A DNA stretch of 63,513 nucleotides, filler included, from Octopus bimaculoides (Eukaryota), in the NCBI RefSeq assembly GCF_001194135.2. It is 7 parts of 6 records of this genome, joined end to end, with 100 filler letters (N's around TTAATTAATTAA, not from the genome) between each part and the next. Parts side by side here need not be neighbours in the genome. Positions count along the whole stretch, not along the records: positions 11,130 to 29,474 come from NC_068981.1; positions 29,575 to 37,899 come from NC_068983.1; 5 more parts are not named here. One strand, written 5' to 3'. Both the position numbers and the translations under genes were made by a program. The stretch's first letter is position 1. Each line of letters starts with the position of its first letter. The notes under the pieces were generated by a model that had not been told where the DNA came from, made no database searches, and was given only the letters and a program-made list of their open reading frames with translations. This document shows, one piece after another, positions 24,339 through 35,231 of the stretch.

Positions 24339-26382
24339 CTGTACTCAAGTGATGCTTTTCTCTGAAGCATATTTATACTGAGTTCTAACACCAGGTTATT
24401 AGTATCACTATGTTTAAGTGAAATGCTAACATATATAATATAATATATAGTTCAAATTTACAGAAAACAAAAGACAAAAACAGGTGAAGGAACAACAAGT
24501 AGGTGTATTAGTTTGATGCTCGGGAAGAATGGAAAAGTCTTTGATGTTTCTACCCCACACTCTTCAACAGAAAGGGTTGAGAGAAAAAAAATGGAAAGAG
24601 AGAAAAATGTGTAGGGATTAATGGGTCAACATAATATGTATGTATGCATGCATGCATATATGTATGCATGCATATATGTATGTATATATGCATGCATATA
24701 TGCATGCATGTAGGTAGGTAGGTGTGTTTGTGTGTGGATAGTAATCTCAGGTTTAGTGGGCTGAAAAGTTATGTCCCCTGGAAACAGCATTGCTAAATGT
24801 TAGATGGTAACAGTAGAGGAAAACAGAGAGAGAGAGAGAGAGAAGATCAGTAAAAGAGAAATAAAGATATCAGATAGATACTATTAGAGAACAGCAAACC
24901 ATATTTCAACAGCAGTAAAAGATGCATACTGTGTTTAGTAAAGAAAAGACTGATACGAAAGAGCTTTTTTACTCTCATACTATACTCATGTCATATCTGA
25001 GACCTTTATATCTTTAAAAGAAAGTACATCAAAAGGTACCGGTATAAGCTACTATAAAAGAATTATCCCCACTGTTCATCCTTTCCTATTGATTCTTACA
25101 TTGTGCCCTTCAACATCCCTTTATTTTTTGATGCCTAGATTTCTTTAAACCTTCATTTTCTTCTCTCTTTGTATTTTTTTTATTTATTTCTATCATTCAT
25201 TCTCTTCTTTTTTTCTTCTTTTCTTTCTGTCTCCCTCTATTTTTTATAGTCAATTAAATGTTATCAATTCTTATACCATGAGATACAACTCTTTTGTCCT
25301 CAACTGGTGTAACTGTCCTTTATGTGCAAAGCACACTTCCTCCACAGCCATTTCTGAAGTAACGACTCCAGGTTCAAACTAGGACCACAGGTTCATAACA
25401 CTTGCATGAAAATTAAAACTGAGTTATGTAACCTTGTTTGTTCATTTTAAAACATCGTTTTAAAACAACACACACACACGTTTTGAAGTAAAGAAAATCT
25501 AGAACTATAACATTTAATATGAATCGAACAAGTTTCTCTATTTTAGATGTTACACTTGCTTCATAAGTTATTTTATCTGAGTATGAGTATTGAAATCAAA
25601 GTAACTTCAGGGTATTTTAACCACTTAAGTAAACACAAAACCTTATTTTCACTATCCATTCATTTCTTAATACCATGTTCCATAATGAAGAGAGCTTTGC
25701 TCTCTTACTGCACCTTGTCACTGACAATTCCAGATTGCTGGGGAATTGTTTCAGTGACTAAATTGCAGAAGTACAATGAAACATTTTTGACATTTCCTGA
25801 CAGACTGTACTATTAAGAAATAGATGAAAATGAACAAATGGTTTCTTGTGTTCTTAAATGGTTAAATGACTATTTCTAATGTAATTTTTGTTTTCCAGAA
25901 CTGAAAACAAACACTTTCTTCAAAAACATTGCTAAGTGAAACAAATATCTATTTGCAGTGATGCCTTATACCCCAAAGAAATTTAGTATCCATATTTTAA
26001 CCCTTTCACATTCAAATAAATATTAAACCAAGTCCTTATTTCATTTTGGCATTGATTTTATTTATCCCTACTAGTGAAACCACTAAGCTATATAACAAAG
26101 TGACAAAATGTAAACAACAGAAGGCTTTAAGCAGTGCAAATGTGAACAGACACTCACACATACAAATATGACAAATTTTTGCACAACTTCTGTCTATTAT
26201 ATATTCAACTCAGAAGGTTTTGGTCAAAACAAAGCAATAGAAGAGATTTCCCATGGTGCCATACAACGGGATCAAACCATATGTTTGTAAAGTAAACTTC
26301 TTAATCAGACAGCTGTGCATATGCCTACTCATATATTTCTCTTATTTAATTGTATACACAAAGTAAGATATGACAACATTAC

Positions 26383-26444
26383 CTGAATGATGTTTCTTGA
26401 ATAGGGACAAAGGAATATGTTCTGTTTTCTAACCAGGCATGATT
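26383..26444 (-). CDS. CACNA2D: alpha2/delta exon C (NHAWLENRTYSFVPIQETSF-S)
   Basis: ag/gt, 62 nt, phase 0-2. Resembles [21 protein letters not shown]. Confidence 0.88.
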
Positions 26445-27545
26445 CTAGATTAAAGAAAAACACAGATTTTTCAATATAATATTTATAAAAGTTATGGTAA
26501 AGTTATTTTGTCATTTCATGAATAATTTTACATCTAATTCATATTTTCAACAATTATACTTATCTTATTATGAAAGATCATGTTTAATACATAAAATATG
26601 ATCTACTATCATATATAAAATAGCTAACTAAATATACATCTTAATACACAAAATAGCATCTATTTATTGCACATTCCTGCAAAAAAGAAACAAAGGTTAG
26701 GTTATAGAATGTTAAAAAAAGAATTGAACTTAAATAAAAAGTTCAGAATTCATGAGAAATAATGAATGTTTAAGAGATAAAAGTAGAAATATATTAATTC
26801 AGATTTCCAAGGGAATTATTTAACTGTAAATCCACTTATTTATTATTGTTGTTATTTAGGCCTGAGGAGAACTATAGTATAGTCTACCAAATAAATAAGC
26901 TTAACTCACAGATGAAGCATCTTTGCACAAAACAAGGGACCACACTGTACATTCTAACATGCAGTGATAAATCACTCTCCAGTTTATTCTATATATGTAT
27001 AGATTCTGATCATCAACACAGCAGAGTCAGGCAAGGAGGAGCTAGTCAGAATATGGCAAATGTATTGTGAGTGGCTGTGTTTAAGTGTTTTGGAGGTAAC
27101 TTTTGTTTTCATCTGGTGGCAAGGTTTATAAGTGTTGGAGTTTACAGTGGCAATAAATTGTTCCAATTCCATTGCATATCCACGTAATGTTTTCATTGTC
27201 CATATATTTGATTAGTTATGTTAGGTGGTGTTTTTGTGAAGCACAAAATGAAATTATTGTATTTGCTAATTACAGTGAAAACCTATTAAAAATATAAAAT
27301 TCTAACAAAAGATAGATAGATTATAAACAACGAAAATTCAAATGGAGAAAAAATGGGCAAAAAGTAGTAAAAATCATCCACCCCAAGCAATAAGTAATCA
27401 AATTACAAAAAAAAAAAGTAGTTGTTTCTATAGATTTTGCATTAAAATGAAATCAATTTTTTTCTCAGTGGTTCAGTTTTTGTTCAAGAGTGAATATTTA
27501 TTTTATAATTGGTTTTATTATATAAAGTCAGAAAGTAATACTTAC

Positions 27546-27617
27546 ACCATCTGGAGAGACAACAAAGGTCTGTATTTCCATTGTACCACTGTCTCCATCA
27601 ATCATTCTACGGCGTAA
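27546..27617 (-). CDS. CACNA2D: alpha2/delta exon B (LRRRMIDGDSGTMEIQTFVVSPDG)
   Basis: ttttctag / gtaagt, 72 nt, phase 0-0. Resembles [24 protein letters not shown]. Confidence 0.9.
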
Positions 27618-28285
27618 CTAGAAAACAAAAACACAGACAATCTTGTCAAACTTACCTAATAATGTGAGCATCAACAATTATAATATTAGTTGGAACCAAT
27701 TAAATCATTATTGAATTAAACAAAAAATTTTGAATTTTTTCCTTATGGACCCCTTCAATTACTATTCTACTCTACTGAACCTCCATAACCATTCACTGTG
27801 TTTATATAAAAAAAAATTTACTGTATTTTTATAACTGAATAATATTAGGAACTGTATAAAAAAATTAAAATATTTTTAGTATTGTAGAAGAATAAACTAT
27901 TGCAGATAAATTTTAACAATAAATTCTTATATGGACCCCTAAGGTTCATATTAATCCAAGTTGAGAACCACTGATATGCATAAAGCAAGGATGATGAAAG
28001 ACCCTGTTTAAATTAGGTTGAATTGTTACTACACCTGCACACACACACACATACACACACACTACATATTCCTGACATGCCTCACCTTTGTTAAAACCCC
28101 AGGTATTCCCTACTTCGACAATATTGATTTTAATCATGAAAAACAAAATAAATAGAAAATAGAAAAATGAATGAACAAAATAGGCACACTAGTAATAGAA
28201 AATAAAACCAAGTTTGTTACTAATGAAATGTGATGGAAGGGAAGTTTGTGTAATATAGAAGGTTAATAAACAATTTCATATTTAC

Positions 28286-28357
28286 TTCTTCTTTCTGCTC
28301 GTTTTCCACTTCAACTTCAAGAAAGTCAACATTTGGTGGATCTTTATTCCAATCTTT
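28286..28357 (-). CDS. CACNA2D: Voltage-gated Ca2+ channel alpha2/delta subunit, exon A (KDWNKDPPNVDFLEVEVENEQKEE)
   Basis: ag/gt boundaries, 72 nt, phase 0-0. Resembles the alpha2delta-1 segment PVTLDFLDAELENDIKVE. Confidence 0.88.
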
Positions 28358-28986
28358 CTATTAAGAAATAAAAGGAAAAAATGAAAAATTTTATTTATCA
28401 ATCAGTTCAATAAATTCACTAAAATTATGAAATAATTATAGTATCCATTTTGCTATATATTAGCTATACTTTATGAGAGTCACACTGCTAATAAACGTAT
28501 GGTGGTTGTGATTCATTTCAGATTTAGTTGCAGTTCATTTCAGGTATAAGATGAAACAATATAACTAAAATTGAAATGTACCACACTCAATGCATATGTT
28601 TATTGATAGTATGACCCTCCAAATTATAACAATATTGGTTTCAGATAAAAACTCTTGCAGAAATTCAAAACCACACAAACACACACACGTGTGTGTGTGT
28701 GTGTCCCTGTAACTTAACAGTTTGGTAAAAAAAAGACTGGTAGAATATGTAGCAGGCTTAAAAAAAAATAAGAACTAGTGTTGAATCATTCAACTACAAA
28801 TTACTCCAGGTAATGCCACAGCATGGCTTCAGTCTAATGACTGAAACAAGTAAAAGACAGACTGGTATTCCATTGGTTACAACAATGGGAGTTCTAGTTG
28901 ACTCGATCAACATAACAGTCAGCTCATGAAATTAAAGTGTGGGTGGCTGAGCACCCCACAAACACAAGTACCTTTAACATAGTCCT

Positions 28987-29445
28987 TTATATTGCAGTGC
29001 TTGAAATTTTCTAGCATTAAACTGCATGTTGTTTATTTTGGCCCACTTGTATACTGAGATCAGGTCTCGCTGTAAGCTAGTAATATTCTCTTGGTTTTTG
29101 ATTGCTTGTGATAATTTTGTATCATTGGCATAGCTAGTGACAGTGGCTGTCTGAGTGACTGTGAGCATGTCTAAGAGGGCTATTATGAACAGTAATGGCC
29201 CCAGAACAGTTCCTTAGGGGACACCACTTATGATTTCAGGTACCTCAGAAAGGGCGTCATTGGCTGCAACTACATGACTTCTGCTTTTAAGGAAGTCATG
29301 CACCCATTCTCCCAGTTTATCAGCGATGCCAAAACTCTCATAGCTTATGATTTATCATGCCTTGAGCTACCTTATCAAATGCCTTTGCAAAGTCATATAT
29401 CACACTGACACCTGAATGATCAAGCAGCTGTTTCAAAACACAGTC
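28987..29445 (-). mobile_element. CR1-like LINE RT fragment
   Basis: FAKAFDKV...GEWVHDFLKSR...ISGVP*GTVLGPLLFIIAL...SYANDTKL...FNARKFQAL. Confidence 0.8.
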
Positions 29446-29574
29446 ATATAATGTATATATATATATATATATATNNNNNNNNNNNNNNNNNNNNNNNNNN
29501 NNNNNNNNNNNNNNNNNNTTAATTAATTAANNNNNNNNNNNNNNNNNNNNNNNNNNNNNNNNNNNNNNNNNNNN

Positions 29575-29949
29575 CTAACTCGTCTATAGTACTCTTTCTT
29601 TATTTTTTCTTTCATTTGTGTATGTTGTATCCTATCTAGTTCATTGACTCCTAAATACTTGTATGGTTGGCTTTCGTCTAGTTCTCTTATTTCATTGGCT
29701 TTATCTAGTGTTATATTGCTACTTTTAACTAATTTTCCTCTTTTCAGGGTTGCTTTGGCACATTTTTCTAATCCGAATTTCATATCTATTTCCTTGGTAA
29801 AGCCGTGTACTGTCTGTAGTAGTGTTTCTAGCTCTTTGTCGTTTTTAGCATATAATTTTAGGTCATCCATATATAGAAGGTGGCTGACTGTTTTTCCGTT
29901 ATATAGAAGGTGGCTGACTGTTTTTCCGTATATAGAAGGTGGCTGACTG

Positions 29950-29953
<4 letters not shown>
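29575..29953 (-). mobile_element. Second, near-identical R4/Dong-like RT fragment abutting (AAT)n
   Basis: Same YMDDLKLYAK...YKYLG peptide, with one visible amino-acid difference (IDMKF vs IEMKF). Confidence 0.85.
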
Positions 29954-30016
<63 letters not shown>

Positions 30017-31256
30017 GAGTGAGAGAGTAGTGCATGCCATCAACCACAACAATAGTAATAATCTTTGTAGATTCGTTCGAGCGTCGGACATAATGATTAA
30101 CCATATTTCTTGCGGCTCTTCACGTTCTGAGTTCAACTATCACTGATATCTCCCTTTATTTGATCGTAGTCAGTAAGATAAGGTACTAGTCAAAATCTGG
30201 GGTATATCTGATCTACTAACCCTTCTCCCTAAAATCGCTGGCCTTGTGCCAAAATTAGGAAGACTTGTTGTAGTAGTAGTAGTATGTCAAAATATTAAAT
30301 AGACACTTAAGACAAAAATTATTACTATTGTTGTGGTTGATGATAACTTTCTTCGTGTTATTGTAGTTGTTGTTGCAATTGCGCTAATTGTGGAATTTTC
30401 TGCGGAAGGATATGTGTTGAGGTAAGGCGCCACTCTTTTTGCTAACGCATTGAAAACGGAACTATGTATAAGAGTTGACGTCTTAAGTTAACGAAACTAT
30501 TCAATGAGATGGTAACATAGTGATACTGTCAATCAGTCATAATGTCTGACATTCAAAATCTCAATCCTGAAATTCCTGAAATCGCAATCGGTAGCTCCTT
30601 CTTCTCACAGGGGAATTTCCTTTTCTAGAAAAGTAACTTTATAGTGCATTGATATTTCCGTATTTCACATACATTATTAGCTGACAAACAGAAGAGATAT
30701 ATAGTTAACAAATTAATTACGAACTAATAAATTCATTGAAAGAAAAACTTCCGTTTAACCCAGATGAGAAGAACGTAAAGCCATATACATAATCACAGAC
30801 TAACACACAAACGCATGCATTCGTTCATATANNNNNNNNNNNNNNNNNNNNNNNNNNNNNNNNNNNNNNNNNNNNNNNNNNNNNNNNNNNNNNNNNNNNN
30901 NNNNNNNNNNNNNNNNNNNNNNNNNNNNNNNNNNNNNNNNNNNNNNNNNNNNNNNNNNNNNNNNNNNNNNNNNNNNNNNNNNNNNNNNNNNNNNNNNNNN
31001 NNNNNNNNNNNNNNNNNNNNNNNNNNNNNNNNNNNNNNNNNNNNNNNNNNNNNNNNNNNNNNNNNNNNNNNNNNNNNNNNNNNNNNNNNNNNNNNNNNNN
31101 NNNNNNNNNNNNNNNNNATATATATACAGATATAGGGCAGGGAATCGTCAATTAGTAATAAAATTAATAATTAACAATTTAGCCAAGTAGTTCAGTATGA
31201 AAAAACCTTTATCGGTAAAACCATTTATAATCATAAATATACAGGGATTAGCATGA

Positions 31257-31790
31257 GTTGCTTCTCCAACATACTGAGAATTTAGAAATACCAGTCAAAG
31301 AACTACTGATTTCAAACTACAAATTTTTTCTCTAACGGATGGCGATATTTATGGCACACACAGAACAAAAACAGAAGAGAAAAGCAAAAACAAACCTGCC
31401 TTTAGTTAATTGGATACGACGTTTCACGGTTAAGAGTATGAAGTTACACTATTCCGTTCTTCAGCCCAATATTCGAATAAATTTGAAAGTGTCTATAAAA
31501 AACTCACGGGAATTTTGGTCATGCGACACCAAAACCACGTGAGGAAGGCACTTACAAATTTATCGGCTAGTGAGTTCAAACACTTCACCCCAAAGAAGAG
31601 TAACTTCATACTCTTAACCGTGAAACGTCGTATCCAATTAACTAAAGGCAGGTTTGTTTTTGCTTTTCTCTTCTGTTTTTGTTCTGTGTGTGCCATAAAT
31701 ATCGCCATCCGTTAGAGAAAAGATTTGTAGCTTGGAATCAGTAGTTCTTTGACTGCTATTTCTAAATTCTCAGTATGTTGGAGAAGCAAC
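31257..31790. repeat. Inverted repeat: 191-bp arms (31257-31447, 31600-31790), 152-bp spacer
   Basis: The arms differ at only a handful of positions, which explains the mirror ORFs MAIFMAHTEQ... on both strands. Confidence 0.92.
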
Positions 31791-31962
31791 ACACACACAC
31801 GCACACATACACACACACATACGCACACACATACACACACACACACACATACATACATACATACATACATACATACATACATGCATACATACATACATAT
31901 ATAATTCACCGCTAAATCCACAAATTTTGTTTTTATTCTCTCTCTGTTTATTTACTCGTGTT

Positions 31963-32000
31963 TCTTTCTGTTGAAGAGCGTAGGCTCGAAATGTAAAAGA
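31963..32000 (+). ncRNA. Minimal type-I hammerhead-ribozyme-like motif in a repeat tail (variant core)
   Basis: TCTTT-CTGTTGA-A-GAGC(gtag)GCTC-GAAA-TGT-A-AAAGA: stems I and II pair and the GAAA core is present. There is U instead of A at core position 6, and the ACGT palindrome is mutated to ATGT. Confidence 0.45.
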
Positions 32001-35000
32001 CTTTCTCACCTTCTCGAGTGTCAAACTAATACACACGCATGTTGTTTATACACCTGTCTTCGACTTTTGTTTTTCTGTANNNNNNNNNNNNNNNNNNNNN
32101 NNNNNNNNNNNNNNNNNNNNNNNNNNNNNNNNNNNNNNNNNNNNNNNNNNNNNNNNNNNNNNNNNNNNNNNNNNNNNNNNNNNNNNNNNNNNNNNNNNNN
32201 NNNNNNNNNNNNNNNNNNNNNNNNNNNNNNNNNNNNNNNNNNNNNNNNNNNNNNNNNNNNNNNNNNNNNNNNNNNNNNNNNNNNNNNNNNNNNNNNNNNN
32301 NNNNNNNNNNNNNNNNNNNNNNNNNNNNNNNNNNNNNNNNNNNNNNNNNNNNNNNNNNNNNNNNNNNNNNNNNNNNNNNNNNNNNNNNNNNNNNNNNNNN
32401 NNNNNNNNNNNNNNNNNNNNNNNNNNNNNNNNNNNNNNNNNNNNNNNNNNNNNNNNNNNNNNNNNNNNNNNNNNNNNNNNNNNNNNNNNNNNNNNNNNNN
32501 NNNNNNNNNNNNNNNNNNNNNNNNNNNNNNNNNNNNNNNNNNNNNNNNNNNNNNNNNNNNNNNNNNNNNNNNNNNNNNNNNNNNNNNNNNNNNNNNNNNN
32601 NNNNNNNNNNNNNNNNNNNNNNNNNNNNNNNNNNNNNNNNNNNNNNNNNNNNNNNNNNNNNNNNNNNNNNNNNNNNNNNNNNNNNNNNNNNNNNNNNNNN
32701 NNNNNNNNNNNNNNNNNNNNNNNNNNNNNNNNNNNNNNNNNNNNNNNNNNNNNNNNNNNNNNNNNNNNNNNNNNNNNNNNNNNNNNNNNNNNNNNNNNNN
32801 NNNNNNNNNNNNNNNNNNNNNNNNNNNNNNNNNNNNNNNNNNNNNNNNNNNNNNNNNNNNNNNNNNNNNNNNNNNNNNNNNNNNNNNNNNNNNNNNNNNN
32901 NNNNNNNNNNNNNNNNNNNNNNNNNNNNNNNNNNNNNNNNNNNNNNNNNNNNNNNNNNNNNNNNNNNNNNNNNNNNNNNNNNNNNNNNNNNNNNNNNNNN
33001 NNNNNNNNNNNNNNNNNNNNNNNNNNNNNNNNNNNNNNNNNNNNNNNNNNNNNNNNNNNNNATATATATATATATATATATAAATTATTTCTAGGTATAA
33101 ATCCATCGTAAAGTAAATGTCAACATCGAAATTCCCTGGTTTTATTCCGTGTATCAGTGAAATACTAAATGATGTTAGCTTCATATTGATGGATATGGGT
33201 CTATTACCAATTATGTATATGAAAAAGAAGAAAATGGAGAATTTGTTGTATAAGGATCAATTTATTGAAACAAATGCAATTTCGAGCAATATCGAACTCG
33301 TAGAACCTATAATTGTTTCCATATCCAATCAATTAATTCAAATTAGAAAAATTAAATTAAAGATTCATATTGAATTATAGTTAATTGAACATTTCGTCAG
33401 GGTCAGAACTTGGTAGAAAAAGGAACTACATCCCAATGCGTTGATATATCATTGGTAGACTCAGCATTAAATTCAGATATGTGCGCTTGTGCATTCTAAT
33501 GTATTAAAAATACCCGTTACTTGTGCAACATAGTTTTAATTTATTTGTGAGTGCGCGCGCATATGCGCGTGTGAATTAATGTGCTGAAAAAAAAAGATGC
33601 CGTTAGGTAACCTAAACGATATTCTGATGCAGCTAATTGTAATTAATAACATTTATTCCTAATTTTTATTATTACGTGTGAGTGTACAAAATGTCAGCAA
33701 AGTTTTTTAATCACTTAGGAATTTATATTGTACGTCGCCTAGTTATAATCTCTACTAGTAATTAAATACTAATTTTTAAAACTTTTTTTAATTAAAAACA
33801 TAAATCATAGTTACTTTAAATATGTACCACACAACCATGGCGAAATTCAGTCTGTTTACATAACACGGTAGCTGTATATTACGTCAACAAGACTAGTGTA
33901 CAATATATTCTTTACCTTATTTTTTTAAATTATAATATCCACTAAGAATTATTTTCTAAGCTTCTTGGTTATATAATTGCTAGCATTAACAATTAAATAT
34001 TAATTCAATATAACTTAAATCATAAAAAATATGTATTGTTTACTGTGTACTACGTGACAAAGACGAATTCAAACTGTTTATTATTTACCATAGCTGTATG
34101 TTACGTCAAGATTCGTGCACAATATATCTTTTTTATTATAACAATGAGAAAAAGATTCATACGAGTACGATTGAGGAATACATTAACATTAAATATAATA
34201 AAAGATTATCCAATTAAAACGTAGTATTCTTTACTTTAATATTAGTTTTTATTTTAATAATAATTATAATTTTCTAGATAGGTATTTATATATTTCTTGA
34301 TAGCCAATTTATAAGATAGTTAATTTATAGTTTTAGTGACGTTTTCATTTTATTTTAATGGTAATTCTTAAATGCATATTTATAAGCGTGAACACAGGAT
34401 ACCACCCTCTTTTTGGGTGTTAACAAGTTTATATCTAAAAGTCAAAATTTGAAATAATTCTTCGACACAAGGATCACAATTATCTCCAATTCTATAGTCG
34501 TTGGCATGGCTTATTATTTCCCATTCTATGCAATACTTTTTACTCTTGTCCTTCAAATATCAATGTTCAATTAACTATAATTCAATGTGAGTCTTTAATT
34601 TAATTTTTCTAATTTTTCTAATTTGAATTAATTCATTGGACAAGGAAACAGTTGTAGGTTCTATAAGTTTGATATTGTTCGAAATTGGGTTTTTTTTCTA
34701 TAAACCGATGTGTATATGTCAATTTCTCCATTTTCTTCTTTTATTTATATACATACATACATGTATATATATATATATATNNNNNNNNNNNNNNNNNNNN
34801 NNNNNNNNNNNNNNNNNNNNNNNNNNNNNNNNNNNNNNNNNNNNNNNNNNNNNNNNNNNNNNNNNNNNNNNNNNNNNNNNNNNNNNNNNNNNNNNNNNNN
34901 NNNNNNNNNNNNNNNNNNNNNNNNNNNNNNNNNNNNNNNNNNNNNNNNNNNNNNNNNNNNNNNNNNNNNNNNNNNNNNNNNNNNNNNNNNNNNNNNNNNN

Positions 35001-35176
35001 NNNNNNNNNNNNNNNNNNNNNNNNNNNNNNNNNNNNNNNNNNNNNNNNNNNNNNNNNNNNNNNNNNNNNNNNNNNNNNNNNNNNNNNNNNNNNNNNNNNN
35101 NNNNNNNNNNNNNNNNNNNNNNNNNNNNNNNNNNNAAAACATCAACAGCACGTGTATGGTCATGCACATATATCAG

Positions 35177-35231
<55 letters not shown>

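Noticed and set aside
27618-27700. Apparent minus-strand donor (gtaagt) 38 nt upstream of alpha2/delta exon B
   Set aside because: The implied intron is very short, and exon A (28286-28357) already joins exon B in phase with the expected sequence.
29868-29953. Short direct repeats as a CRISPR-like array (also 56141-56290)
   Set aside because: Head-to-tail tandem repeats without unique spacers, in a eukaryotic context with no cas genes.
31339-31708. Two ORFs with identical N-termini on opposite strands
   Set aside because: A consequence of the 191-bp inverted repeat.
31971-33184. Long ORFs of 200-430 aa (also at about 34.6-35.5, 39.9-40.8, 48.2-50.8, 52.0-52.7, 54.7-55.5 and 59.6-60.2 kb)
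   Set aside because: Made of X from N gaps and YI/HT/CV dipeptide repeats from microsatellites.
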